Shown here: positions 54,870-63,650 of the stretch, piece after piece | Position numbering within the stretch: the first letter of the stretch is position 1 | Layout of the letters: the number at the start of each line of letters is the position of its first letter | Source of the DNA: Candidatus Latescibacterota bacterium | Lineage (GTDB): Bacteria; Latescibacterota; UBA2968; GCA-2709665 | DNA length: 64,000 bases | Direction of reading: 5' to 3' | Assembly: GCA_965248435.1 (NCBI GenBank) | Contig: OZ252100.1 | Coordinates: forward strand, 2,336,001-2,400,000 | Notes under the pieces: model-generated | The model's input: only the letters and a program-made list of their open reading frames with translations | What the model was told of the DNA's origin: nothing | The model's database searches: none | Translations under genes and position numbers: made by a program

Positions 54870-54958
54870 GCGAAAGTGGCGGAACTTGGTAGACGCGCCA
54901 GATTTAGGATCTGGTGGGCTTGCTGCCCGTGGGGGTTCGAGTCCCCCCTTTCGCACCA
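54870..54958 (+). tRNA. tRNA-Leu (anticodon TAG)
   Basis: Acceptor GCGAAAG/CTTTCGC plus ACCA, anticodon arm CCAGA-TTTAGGA-TCTGG, a long variable arm and a GGTTCGAGTCC T-loop. Upstream TTGCCT-N17-TAAGTT promoter and a downstream hairpin with T-tract. Confidence 0.97.
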
Positions 54959-55042
54959 AAACGGGCGGTTTCGACGGCTTCCAGACGGGAGCCCTTTTTT
55001 TGTTGCGGAGGGGATGTAGGGAAAGGGCCTGCGCTCCGGGAC

Positions 55043-55534
55043 CTATTCTTCCGCTTCGGCCCCGGCATCCTGATCCTTAATCATGCGGGTCAGGTAGCGG
55101 ATTTCCTGGTTTGAAGATCGTAGGCGCTCGGAGAGGATACCGATGAGATTGCGGGAGATGACGAGTTCGACGTCTGGATTCTGCCGCAGGAACATATTAA
55201 GCCTGGATTTCCCCAGAACAAGGAGGGTTGAAGGCTCGCCGGCGAGCACCGTGGCCGATCGCGGTTCTCCTGTAAAGATCCCCATTTCGCCCATCGGGGC
55301 GATCGGTTCGATCAAGGCAATCTGAGTCCCGTCTTCATTGCGCACGGAAAGCTTCCCTGACAGCAGGATGAACATCTCCTCGCTTCCCTCCCCGATCTTG
55401 CACAACTGCTCCCTGGCGGCGATGGACCGTCGTTCGCACGACTTCAAAAGGGCCATCCCCTGTTTGGGTTTAAGACCTTCGAAGAGGGGAATGCGCCGTA
55501 TCGCGGCGACGAAATGAGAAGGATCAAGCTCCAA
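55043..55534 (-). CDS. Stand-alone cyclic nucleotide-binding domain protein
   Basis: IPLFEGL, MFILLSG.L and GEMGIFTGEPRSATV. No HTH; the C-terminus is coiled-coil-like. Confidence 0.88.
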   Translation of the reverse strand: MELDPSHFVAAIRRIPLFEGLKPKQGMALLKSCERRSIAAREQLCKIGEGSEEMFILLSGKLSVRNEDGTQIALIEPIAPMGEMGIFTGEPRSATVLAGEPSTLLVLGKSRLNMFLRQNPDVELVISRNLIGILSERLRSSNQEIRYLTRMIKDQDAGAEAEE

Positions 55535-55696
55535 TCTTCCCTCCGGGCGATTCAGGTGTAACTTTCTGGCTTTGTAAGGTACTACCGAGCCGGTTTCTCA
55601 GCCCGATATGACCAAATATTGGCCATCCTGCAGGCGATGTCAAGTCAGCGACCGGCCTGGGGGTCGGAGCTGCACAGCCAGGATCTGGAGTATCCA

Positions 55697-56965
55697 GTGG
55701 AAAAAATCGGATTTTTGACTGAGACTCAGGTCCGAGAGATCCAGGAGGCCTACGGGACACCCGTCTTCGTTTACGACCAGGAGACCCTGGAAGACCAGGC
55801 CAGGCAGGCCCTCGACTTTCCAAGCCCTTTCGGGCTGACGGCTCGATACGCGATGAAGGCCTTGCCCACGGGTGCCATCCTCCGTGTCCTGAACCGTGCG
55901 GGCATGCACATCGACGCCAGTTCGGGATTCGAGGCCCACCGTGCCCTGCGGGCAGGCGTGCCCCCTTCCCACATCCTCCTGACCGCTCAACAACAACCTG
56001 AAGACCTGAGAGCACTCCTGGCTCAAGGCGTCGGTTTCAACGCCGGATCGCTCCGACAGCTCGACCTCTTCGGAGAACGTTACCCTGGGCGAGAGGTGAC
56101 CATAAGGATAAACCCGGGCCTCGGTTCGGGCCACAACAACCGGACCAACGTCGGCGGTCCGGCCTCCAGCTTCGGCATCTGGCACAGCGACCTGGACCGC
56201 GTCGCAGAAATCCAGACGAAGCACGACCTCAAGATCACGCGCCTCCATACGCATATCGGGTCGGGCGCAGACCCGCAGATCTGGGAGCGCTGCGCCCAAC
56301 TCTCCCTCAACATCGCATCCCGTCTTCCGGACGTGCAGACGGTGAACCTGGGTGGTGGCTTCAAGGTCGGGCGGATGCCCGATGAACCCTCGGCCGACCT
56401 CCAGAAGATCGGACATCGGGTGGCCGAAGCCGTCACAGACTTCCACCGGCAGCACGGCCGAAAGCTGAAGCTCGAAATCGAGCCGGGAACCTTCATCGTC
56501 GCGAGGGCCGGAGCCTTGATCTTCACTGTGATCGACACTGCGGACACCGGCCCAGACGGCTATGCCTTCTTGAAAACCGACGGGGGCATGACCGAGATCT
56601 TGAGGCCCAGTCTGTATGGCGCGCAGCATCCCATCTGGGTCGTGCCGGCGCAACCCGAGACGCGGAGTACAAAACCCGTTCTGGTTGTCGGCCACTGCTG
56701 TGAGAGCGGGGACCTCCTCACGCCGGAACCCGGCAACCCAGAGGCGCTCGACCCGCGAGAACTCCCCGAAGCCAGAGTCGGAGATGCCCTGGTCGTGGGT
56801 GGCGTCGGGGCATACTGCTCTGGGATGTCCGCGAAGAATTACAACTCCTTCACTGAGGCCGCCGAAGTCTTGGTTGGCAGGGACGGGGGGCTTCATCTCA
56901 TCCGAAAGCGGCAGACCCTCGACCAGCTCATCACCAACGAACGGTTCCCAGAACAATCGGACTAG
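55697..56965 (+). CDS. lysA: Diaminopimelate decarboxylase
   Basis: YGTP.FVYD, RYAMKA (PLP lysine), HTHIGSG, NLGGGF, IEPG, RPSLYG, GHCCESGD and GAYC. GTG start at 55697 with a GGAG RBS. Confidence 0.92.
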   Translation: MEKIGFLTETQVREIQEAYGTPVFVYDQETLEDQARQALDFPSPFGLTARYAMKALPTGAILRVLNRAGMHIDASSGFEAHRALRAGVPPSHILLTAQQQPEDLRALLAQGVGFNAGSLRQLDLFGERYPGREVTIRINPGLGSGHNNRTNVGGPASSFGIWHSDLDRVAEIQTKHDLKITRLHTHIGSGADPQIWERCAQLSLNIASRLPDVQTVNLGGGFKVGRMPDEPSADLQKIGHRVAEAVTDFHRQHGRKLKLEIEPGTFIVARAGALIFTVIDTADTGPDGYAFLKTDGGMTEILRPSLYGAQHPIWVVPAQPETRSTKPVLVVGHCCESGDLLTPEPGNPEALDPRELPEARVGDALVVGGVGAYCSGMSAKNYNSFTEAAEVLVGRDGGLHLIRKRQTLDQLITNERFPEQSD

Positions 56966-57011
56966 GGTTTTTGTCTCGCGATTTTTTTGTCGGCGAGATT
57001 TTCTCCGATTC

Positions 57012-57114
57012 TGGAGTATTGCAGTAATGGAGTGTTGGGGTGTTGGAAGCACCAGGATATTCACATGGTTTCCCATTACTCCAACACTCCACTACTCCAT
57101 TCCCCCAGCACTCG
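57012..57114. repeat. Inverted octamer arrays (GGAGTATT-like x4 ... AATACTCC-like x4-5)
   Basis: ggagtatt gcagtaat ggagtgtt ggggtgtt ... attactcc aacactcc actactcc attcccca gcactc. Confidence 0.8.
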
Positions 57115-57193
57115 CGCGTTTCTAATATGAGATACGTTCTCGTTCTTTCTGCAATCCGCAATTGAATAACCTGACCTAGGAGAAACGACGCTC

Positions 57194-58621
57194 ATGGCCG
57201 GTATCTACCGACCACTCGACGATTTCAAGGTGAAGGACGTTCCAGAAAGGAGGCTCCCATTCTGGAAGATGGCCGGTCCCGGTGCCATTCTCGTCGGTCT
57301 GTCGATCGGCGCCGGAGAAATCATCATCTGGCCCAGAATCGTTGCGGAGTTCGGGGGGAGCATGATCTGGGCAGCGGTCCTCGGCATCTTCCTCCAGCTC
57401 TGGATCAACTTTGAAGTCGGTCGCTGGACGATTGCCACCGGAGAGACGGTCTACACAGGCTACAGCAGGGTCTGGCGTGGTTTTGCCCCGTTCTTTCTAG
57501 GGCTCACGCTCTTCAGCTGGATCGCCCCCGGCTGGGGGCGGGCTTCCGGGCTTGCGTTAAAGGCCCTGCTCGTCGGGCCTGCCGGCTCGGGTTCGGACAC
57601 CTTCTGGACCGCGATCGCCTTTGTCGGGGTCGCCCTGGTCCTGTTCGGCCCAAAATTGATCTATCAGTCCCTCGAGCGCACGGTCGAGCTTCTGGTCGTC
57701 GTCGTCACCGTCGGCCTGATCATCGTCGCCTTCGCGGTCGGCTCGGCCGATACGTGGATAGAGCTCGGGTCGGGAATCGTCAACGTCGGTTATATAGACC
57801 CTGGAATGAACATCAAAGCGATGTTCATCTCTATCGTGTTCGCCGGGGCCGGCGGCACGGCGAACCTCTTCTATACCTTCTATCTGCGCGACAAGCATAT
57901 CGGAATGGGCGCACACTTGCCCTCCATGCAAAACCCGCTGAGGGGGCGGACCGAAACGATTCCCTCCACGGGCTTCCGGTTCGAGGAAACAGAAGAGAAC
58001 ATAAAGCGCCTGTCCGCCTGGTGGGATTACATCAAGAAGGACCAGCTCCTCTTCTTCTGGGGCCTGAACACCGTAACTATCTTGCTCTTCATCTTCGGGG
58101 CCCTGGCCGTCCTGCACCCTCAGGGAATCGTCCCGGCCAAGGGGACTTTGATCTGGGACGAGGCCCAGGTACTGGGCGAGGTCTGGGGAGACACCGGACG
58201 CTACATCTTCCTCGTCGTCGGCCTGGCCACGCTCTTCAGTACCCAACTCGGAATCGTGGACGGCGTGGCAAGATCCATTTCCGACATCGTCTATACCAAT
58301 TTCAGAGGGGCACAGAAGAGAGATCAGAGCTGGTGGTATCTGCTCGTGGCCGGGATCTGGATGGTGGCCGGCTGCCTGATTACCTACGTGATGGAGCAGA
58401 AGGGCGTGAGCGAACTCGGGTTTCTCTTCAACGCCGCCTATATCGGCGGGTTTGCCATGGCGGTCTATGTACCGCTGACCCTATACATCAATCATCGTTT
58501 TCTACCAAAGTCCGCTCGTCCGGGCAAGCTTTGCAGCCTGATGGTGGGAATCGGCTCGATCGTCTACATCACCTTTGCGATTTCCTGCATCATTTGGGAG
58601 ATCGGGCAAATCGGCACCTAG
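57194..58621 (+). CDS. Nramp-like (APC superfamily) transporter
   Basis: GPG.ILVGLSIGAGE.IIWP, E.GRWTIATGET and about 11 TM segments. Confidence 0.82.
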   Translation: MAGIYRPLDDFKVKDVPERRLPFWKMAGPGAILVGLSIGAGEIIIWPRIVAEFGGSMIWAAVLGIFLQLWINFEVGRWTIATGETVYTGYSRVWRGFAPFFLGLTLFSWIAPGWGRASGLALKALLVGPAGSGSDTFWTAIAFVGVALVLFGPKLIYQSLERTVELLVVVVTVGLIIVAFAVGSADTWIELGSGIVNVGYIDPGMNIKAMFISIVFAGAGGTANLFYTFYLRDKHIGMGAHLPSMQNPLRGRTETIPSTGFRFEETEENIKRLSAWWDYIKKDQLLFFWGLNTVTILLFIFGALAVLHPQGIVPAKGTLIWDEAQVLGEVWGDTGRYIFLVVGLATLFSTQLGIVDGVARSISDIVYTNFRGAQKRDQSWWYLLVAGIWMVAGCLITYVMEQKGVSELGFLFNAAYIGGFAMAVYVPLTLYINHRFLPKSARPGKLCSLMVGIGSIVYITFAISCIIWEIGQIGT

Positions 58622-58779
58622 CCTGCGATTCTGGTGAAACCGCTTGACTTTCAGAGCTCCTCCGCGCATCATGCTTCATCCCCAATCGCCCGGCCCGTCG
58701 GGAGGCCAGAAGACCAATCGCAAAGGACATACCGCACCTCCCAGGAGGTGCGGCTTTTGGTTTCTAAACCGAGAAACGC

Positions 58780-59256
58780 ATGGCAGCGAGCGACAATGCA
58801 AAAATCGTGGAGAAGATCCCTTTCTTCCGCGGGCTCTCCCCCAATCAGGTCAAACAGATCCTCAACGCCGGGCAGATGTCCGCCTACGAGCAGGGACACA
58901 TCCTTGCCAACGATGGGGACAAGAGCACCGCGATGTATATCCTCCTCACAGGTTCGCTGGCCATCAAGTCGAGCGAGGTCGAACTCGCGAGGGTCCGGGC
59001 CGTGGACATCGTGGGAGAGATGGGTGTCGTGACCAACGAACCGCGCTGTGCCACGATCGAAGTCGCCGAGGGGGCCTCGGTGATGCTCATCAGCAAGATA
59101 CAATTCGACGCGATCCTCAGGAAAGACGTGGATATGGCCGCAAAGATCTACAGGAACATGGTAAATTCACTCTGCCAGAAGCTCAGGGAGAACAACGCCC
59201 AGCTGGCGCAGAGCCGCTCCGAGGCGGAGCGCGAAATGGCGGCATCCGCAGTATAG
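58780..59256 (+). CDS. Stand-alone cyclic nucleotide-binding domain protein (paralogue of 55043-55534)
   Basis: IPFFRGL, MYILLTG.L and VGEMGVVTNEPRCATI. Confidence 0.88.
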   Translation: MAASDNAKIVEKIPFFRGLSPNQVKQILNAGQMSAYEQGHILANDGDKSTAMYILLTGSLAIKSSEVELARVRAVDIVGEMGVVTNEPRCATIEVAEGASVMLISKIQFDAILRKDVDMAAKIYRNMVNSLCQKLRENNAQLAQSRSEAEREMAASAV

Positions 59257-59394
59257 AAACTAATGCACTTGTGAACGACCGCGGACGACAGACGGCGGAC
59301 AGCTAAAGACCCAAGGATTGCGCTACTCATCCCGCCGCCTGCGGTCTGCCGTCCGTGGTCTGTGGTCTGCCAAGCCCTTAACTGAGGCACCACA

Positions 59395-60258
59395 ATGGAT
59401 CGAGAAGAGATCAAACTCGCCATTCGGAACATCAAGAACCTTCCGACGCTGCCCATCATCGTCACGCGCATCCTCCGGGTCGCGACCGACAGCGGGTCCA
59501 GCGCCAACGAACTGGCCGAGCTCATTTCGCGCGACATGTCCGTTTCGGCGAAGGTACTCAACCTGGCGAATTCCGCCTTCTACGGATTCTCGAGTCGAAT
59601 CGCGACCATCCCGCAGGCTGTCGTCGTGCTCGGCTTCGGAACGGTTCGAAGCCTTGCGCTCGGCGTCTCCGTCTTCGACACGATGCATCAGGCGGCCGGT
59701 GGGAAGAGCTTCGACCGTGAAGCCTTCTGGATCCATTCGATCGGTTGTGGAACGGCCTGCAAACTCATCGCCCGGACCCTAGGCCAGAAAGACATCGGCA
59801 CGCCCTTTGTGGCCGGACTCCTGCACGACCTGGGTAAGCTCATCCTGGACACCCACTTCCACGAACAGTACGGGCAGGTGGTTCAGAAGCTGACAGATGA
59901 GGGGTGTTCAACGAATCATGCCGAAACCGAGGTGTTTGGCATCGATCACGCAGAGGTCGGCGGCTGGCTTGCCACGCGGTGGCGGTTCCCCGACATCCTG
60001 GTCGCCCCGATCGAATCGCATCATAATCTCGTGCCGATGGATGAGGACACGCTGAACGACGTCTTACTGGTCTACCTGGGCAACATCATGACAAAGCGGG
60101 CCGACATCGGGCTCTCTTATGAAAAGGACGTCGCTCAAATAGATGAAAGGATCGAATCCAACCTGAAACTCTCCACAGAGAAGATCGCACAACTGGAGAA
60201 GGAGCTGGATGGGGAGAAGGAGCAGATCCAGGAATTCTTCAACATGCTGACAGAATAG
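59395..60258 (+). CDS. HDOD domain protein
   Basis: LPTLP, KVLNLANSAFYG, A..VLG, FWIHS, AGLLHDLGK and DHAEVG..LA..W.FP. Confidence 0.93.
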   Translation: MDREEIKLAIRNIKNLPTLPIIVTRILRVATDSGSSANELAELISRDMSVSAKVLNLANSAFYGFSSRIATIPQAVVVLGFGTVRSLALGVSVFDTMHQAAGGKSFDREAFWIHSIGCGTACKLIARTLGQKDIGTPFVAGLLHDLGKLILDTHFHEQYGQVVQKLTDEGCSTNHAETEVFGIDHAEVGGWLATRWRFPDILVAPIESHHNLVPMDEDTLNDVLLVYLGNIMTKRADIGLSYEKDVAQIDERIESNLKLSTEKIAQLEKELDGEKEQIQEFFNMLTE

Positions 60259-60300
60259 ATCCGCCGTCACCTGAGCGGACAGCGGACTGCCGATCAAAAC

Positions 60301-60344
60301 AAAAGGGGCTTGCGTTCCCGTAGGACGCGAGCCCCTATCCTTTT
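60301..60344. terminator. Bidirectional terminator between convergent genes
   Basis: AAAAGGGGCTTGCGT-N9-ACGCGAGCCCCT..TTTT. Confidence 0.7.
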
Positions 60345-60365
60345 CTGCCAAACTGTGCGCTTTGT

Positions 60366-60686
60366 TTAGAAAGATTCTCCTTCTTGCACACCCAGAATCT
60401 GATCGATGTCGCTCCAGATGTTTCTGTGAATCTTGACTCGATCTCCCCGGATGAACTGATGCTTCCAATACTCTACGAGTGACGTCGTAAAATTAATCGG
60501 AATCGCAGTCTTGCTCGGCGGCAGCCTGTGAACCGGTTTTTCGAGGACGCCCTCAGCGATCGATCGCTGGATGCTCCTGTAGATCCACTCCACCGTCAGC
60601 CCGTGTTCAAACCCCCGGTGGGCAACGTGGATCGGCGCGAGTTCCGTTAAGCTCCCTACATCTAAAGTCGCAAGTTCCATTGCCAT
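60366..60686 (-). CDS. Hypothetical protein
   Basis: 106-aa ORF translationally coupled (TAATG) to the upstream gene. Confidence 0.7.
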   Translation of the reverse strand: MAMELATLDVGSLTELAPIHVAHRGFEHGLTVEWIYRSIQRSIAEGVLEKPVHRLPPSKTAIPINFTTSLVEYWKHQFIRGDRVKIHRNIWSDIDQILGVQEGESF

Positions 60687-61018
60687 TATCTTACCCTGCT
60701 CTCCTTGAGCCGGTCCTTGTTCACTCTCAACTCGATCCGTTTCCTGATCTTCTCGACATCCTCCACCTGGTCCTTCAGCGCGGCCACCTTATCGGGCAGT
60801 TTGGAGACAACGTCCCGCAGGTCGGGTATGCGCGCGCGAACCTCGTCTCGGGATTCTTTCTCCGCATCCACTTCTCGCTGTAAATCGCCTGCCGATGTTT
60901 GCAGCTCCCCGATTCTCAGGAGTGTATTTCGCTCGAAATCAAGATAGTCGGCAATCACCCTGGCCGCGTAGACCATCGCCCCGCAGATCACCGCAAAAAG
61001 GACCCATGCCATGCGCAA
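60686..61018 (-). CDS. Membrane-anchored coiled-coil hypothetical protein
   Basis: N-terminal TM helix followed by a heptad-rich region, with a GGGGAG RBS. Confidence 0.72.
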   Translation of the reverse strand: MRMAWVLFAVICGAMVYAARVIADYLDFERNTLLRIGELQTSAGDLQREVDAEKESRDEVRARIPDLRDVVSKLPDKVAALKDQVEDVEKIRKRIELRVNKDRLKESRVR

Positions 61019-61141
61019 ACTCCCCGACGCGCAAGTGAGGGGAATCTTTCCAGGGGGAGGACAACTGGAGAAACTGACGTGGAGAAATGCTACTCAGGGG
61101 AACGGTTCTGCTGATGGGGGGATGAATAGGAAGATGAATAT

Positions 61142-61170
61142 ACTATATGCAAAGAAAGGGATTTCGTCAA
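61142..61170 (-). promoter_or_regulatory. Near-consensus sigma70 promoter
   Basis: Minus strand TTGACG-N17-TATAGT. Confidence 0.7.
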
Positions 61171-61274
61171 GGAGGCCGTATCGCGTGAAGCGTATCTCGT
61201 CAGACGTGTTTGGCGGATTCATCCACCTGAACTCCGGCCATTTGGTAGACCAGATATACGAGATAAGGATATGT

Positions 61275-62085
61275 TCATGTCTCTGGCAAATCAGGTGGCC
61301 CATCCACATACGGCTTCAACGCCGCATAGACGACTTCGTTGAGCGGCGTAGGCACGCCGAGCTCTCTGCCGAGCCGCACGGCCGTCCCGGCGAGAGACTC
61401 CAGCTCCAGCCGACGCCCCGCCTCCAGGTCCATGAGCGTGGAGCGCGCTGCTCTCCGGGCAGGCGAAGGTCGGGCCCATCGGCAGCCGCAGCAGGGACAG
61501 CGCACCTCCTGTGCCACAGATGGCCACGAACTTCTCCCACATCACCGTCGGCATGTCTGCGTGCAGCTCTGACGGAAGCCCGGCCTTCTCGAACAGCTCG
61601 AAAATCTGTTTCGTGCGCTCACTCTCGCCCCCTTCCGGTTCCCCGAACATCAGAGGCGCGCGCACGCCCCCGTAGGCGACCACACCGGGCCCGACCTTGA
61701 GCCCACTCGTGTAGGTCGCGCCGGCGATCACGCGGTCTTCCCCAACGATGCGACCGATTCGCTCGACGCTGTCCACCCCGTTCAGGACCGAAAGGACCAT
61801 CGTATCGCCGCCAACCATGGGCCGTGTCAGCTGGGCAGCGGATTCCAGATCGTAGGTCTTCACGCAGAACAGAACAAGACCCACCGGGCCGACTTCGCTC
61901 GGATCATCGGTCGCCTGAAGCTGGACGGTCGTATCTACGTCCCCGTCTCTCAGCGTCAACCCGTTTTCGCGGATCGCCTGGAGGTGCGCGCCTCTCGCGA
62001 TCAGAGCAACGTCTTCACCCGCCTGGGCGAGGATGACGGCGTAGCGTCCTCCGAGACCTCCGGGGCCCACCACCGCGATGCGCAT
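61275..62085 (-). pseudogene. panE: 2-dehydropantoate 2-reductase, disrupted by an internal deletion with frameshift (or assembly collapse)
   Basis: The N-terminal part (MRIAVVGPGGLGG, FCVKTYD, LNGV, MWEKF) runs in one frame to ...PESSAL. The C-terminal part (STLMDLEAGRRLELE..G...R.G...GVPTP) is in another frame, with the junction at about 61441. Confidence 0.85.
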
Positions 62086-62311
62086 GCGTAATCTCCTTGG
62101 TGTCACACAAAGTCGTTGTTCTTGGACCACGGACGACAGACCGCAGACCGCAGAGCTGTAGTCGCAGGCTTCAGCCTGCGGGACCTCGAGGTTTCACATC
62201 AGGTGAGAAACCGACTGTTCGTAGACGATTGTTAGAATCGCAGGCAGTAGTCTTCGCGAAGTGCAAATGCTCATTCATCCCGCGGTCCGCCGTCTGTGGT
62301 CCGCCGTCCGT

Positions 62312-63604
62312 CTAATATCCGATTTCAGAAATCAGGTCCGCCGCTCTAGGCGTCAGATTCTTCACGCAATCCCCGATCAGTGATTTGTCGCTTGCGTAGT
62401 CCTTTTTCTTGAACCAGCTCCTATCCACTTTGCGTGCGCGAAGGTTATCCCGCGGATCGGACCTGTAAAGCCGGCTCAGGTCGCCGGAATACTGCGAGTA
62501 GGTGGCTTGAGAACTCTTGTTGGCTTCGAAAATCTCGGAGATGACGATCGATTTCGTCGCAGCCTCCGTGACCTGCACGTTCACCCTCAGCGTTGCCCGC
62601 TTACGCCCTTTGATCTGTAGGTAATTTTTCTCGGTGACCTCGATGGCCCGTTCCTTCTCCTTTCCATCCTCGTCCGTGTACTCCTCCCGGCTCCCGTCCC
62701 ACCGCCAGGCTTTCTTCTGCTCCGTCTCCTCGATGTGAGGCGGAGGGATCTCCAGGGCGATCACCTTGATCTTCACCCGATAGTCTGCACCTGAACGCCC
62801 TTCGACGTCGGCTCGATCGATATAGCTCTTGAATGGGTCCTTCCTGGAAACAAGGTTCCTCATCACAGATGTATACAGCCTCTCTGACGGGTTGGTCTGT
62901 GAGTAATATCGTTCTTCCCCTGAAAGCAAAGCGATCGTCACGTGCACCCGATCCAGGATCTTCTTCATGTAGGACTTCGTGTCCTTGTAAGCTCTGATCC
63001 GATCGAAGGTTTCGTATGCCTGCCGCCATTCCTGATCCTCGTAGAGGCCTACACCCTGTTTGTAGACTGCCGTCCGCCACAGGTCATCGGCTTCGCGATA
63101 GTCCGGGTCGATCTGGATCAGCTCATCGAACGCGACCTCTGCCTCGCCGTATGCCTCTGATTTGAGCAGCTTCTGCCCCCTAGCGTAGAGCGACTCAAGC
63201 GTCGCCTGCCTGGCCTGTCGGTAGAACTCAAGATGCGCATCCTCCAGCTCCAGATGAATGCCAAAGACCTCCACTCGTCTCTTGAAGACCAGGACCTTCT
63301 CGTATTCCCTGAACGCACGCGCAAACGTCCCGGCCCGGTGTGCCTCCTCCGCGCGAATCGCCTTTCTCGTGAGCGCTGCCGGGGCGTTCCTCGCCAGCCC
63401 CACCCTCGCATCGGCGTTGGTCGCATCCTTCTCGAGGGCCTGCAGATACTGTTCTGATGCCCCCTCTACATCCCCAACCGCCTCCAGCTTGGCGCCGGTC
63501 TTCAGGTACTTGTTTCCACAGCCCGCCGACATCACGCAAAACGCTAAGGCGACGCACATATTCAGCCACTTCTGGCCAATCAAATTGCGCCGATCGCTTT
63601 CCAT
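62312..63604 (-). CDS. TPR-containing lipoprotein
   Basis: Lipobox MSAGC, TPR helices and DPDYREA/YKDT motifs. Start placed at the ATG at 63604. Confidence 0.8.
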   Translation of the reverse strand: MESDRRNLIGQKWLNMCVALAFCVMSAGCGNKYLKTGAKLEAVGDVEGASEQYLQALEKDATNADARVGLARNAPAALTRKAIRAEEAHRAGTFARAFREYEKVLVFKRRVEVFGIHLELEDAHLEFYRQARQATLESLYARGQKLLKSEAYGEAEVAFDELIQIDPDYREADDLWRTAVYKQGVGLYEDQEWRQAYETFDRIRAYKDTKSYMKKILDRVHVTIALLSGEERYYSQTNPSERLYTSVMRNLVSRKDPFKSYIDRADVEGRSGADYRVKIKVIALEIPPPHIEETEQKKAWRWDGSREEYTDEDGKEKERAIEVTEKNYLQIKGRKRATLRVNVQVTEAATKSIVISEIFEANKSSQATYSQYSGDLSRLYRSDPRDNLRARKVDRSWFKKKDYASDKSLIGDCVKNLTPRAADLISEIGY

Positions 63605-63650
63605 TGCGTATCCTTTTCGTGAGGTTTGCGAGCTGATGATTCGACAGGCA

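Noticed and set aside
54870-54958. tRNA-Leu as a prophage or island attachment site
   Set aside because: No integrase nearby, and I saw no duplicated tRNA 3' end in the window.
55640-57076. 478-aa minus-strand ORF
   Set aside because: Antisense shadow of lysA, starting in octamer repeat DNA and lacking motifs. Long shadow ORFs are expected at high GC.
61094-61309. 71-aa minus-strand ORF after panE
   Set aside because: It spans a heptamer repeat and the sigma70 promoter of the next operon, so it is most likely non-coding.
61430-61450. Programmed ribosomal frameshift in panE
   Set aside because: No slippery heptamer is present, and a conserved segment is missing, so frameshifting would not restore a full-length enzyme.
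57012-62311. Short tandem arrays as a CRISPR or DGR signal
   Set aside because: The units are 7-8 bp without unique spacers. No cas genes, reverse transcriptase or template/variable repeat pair was seen.
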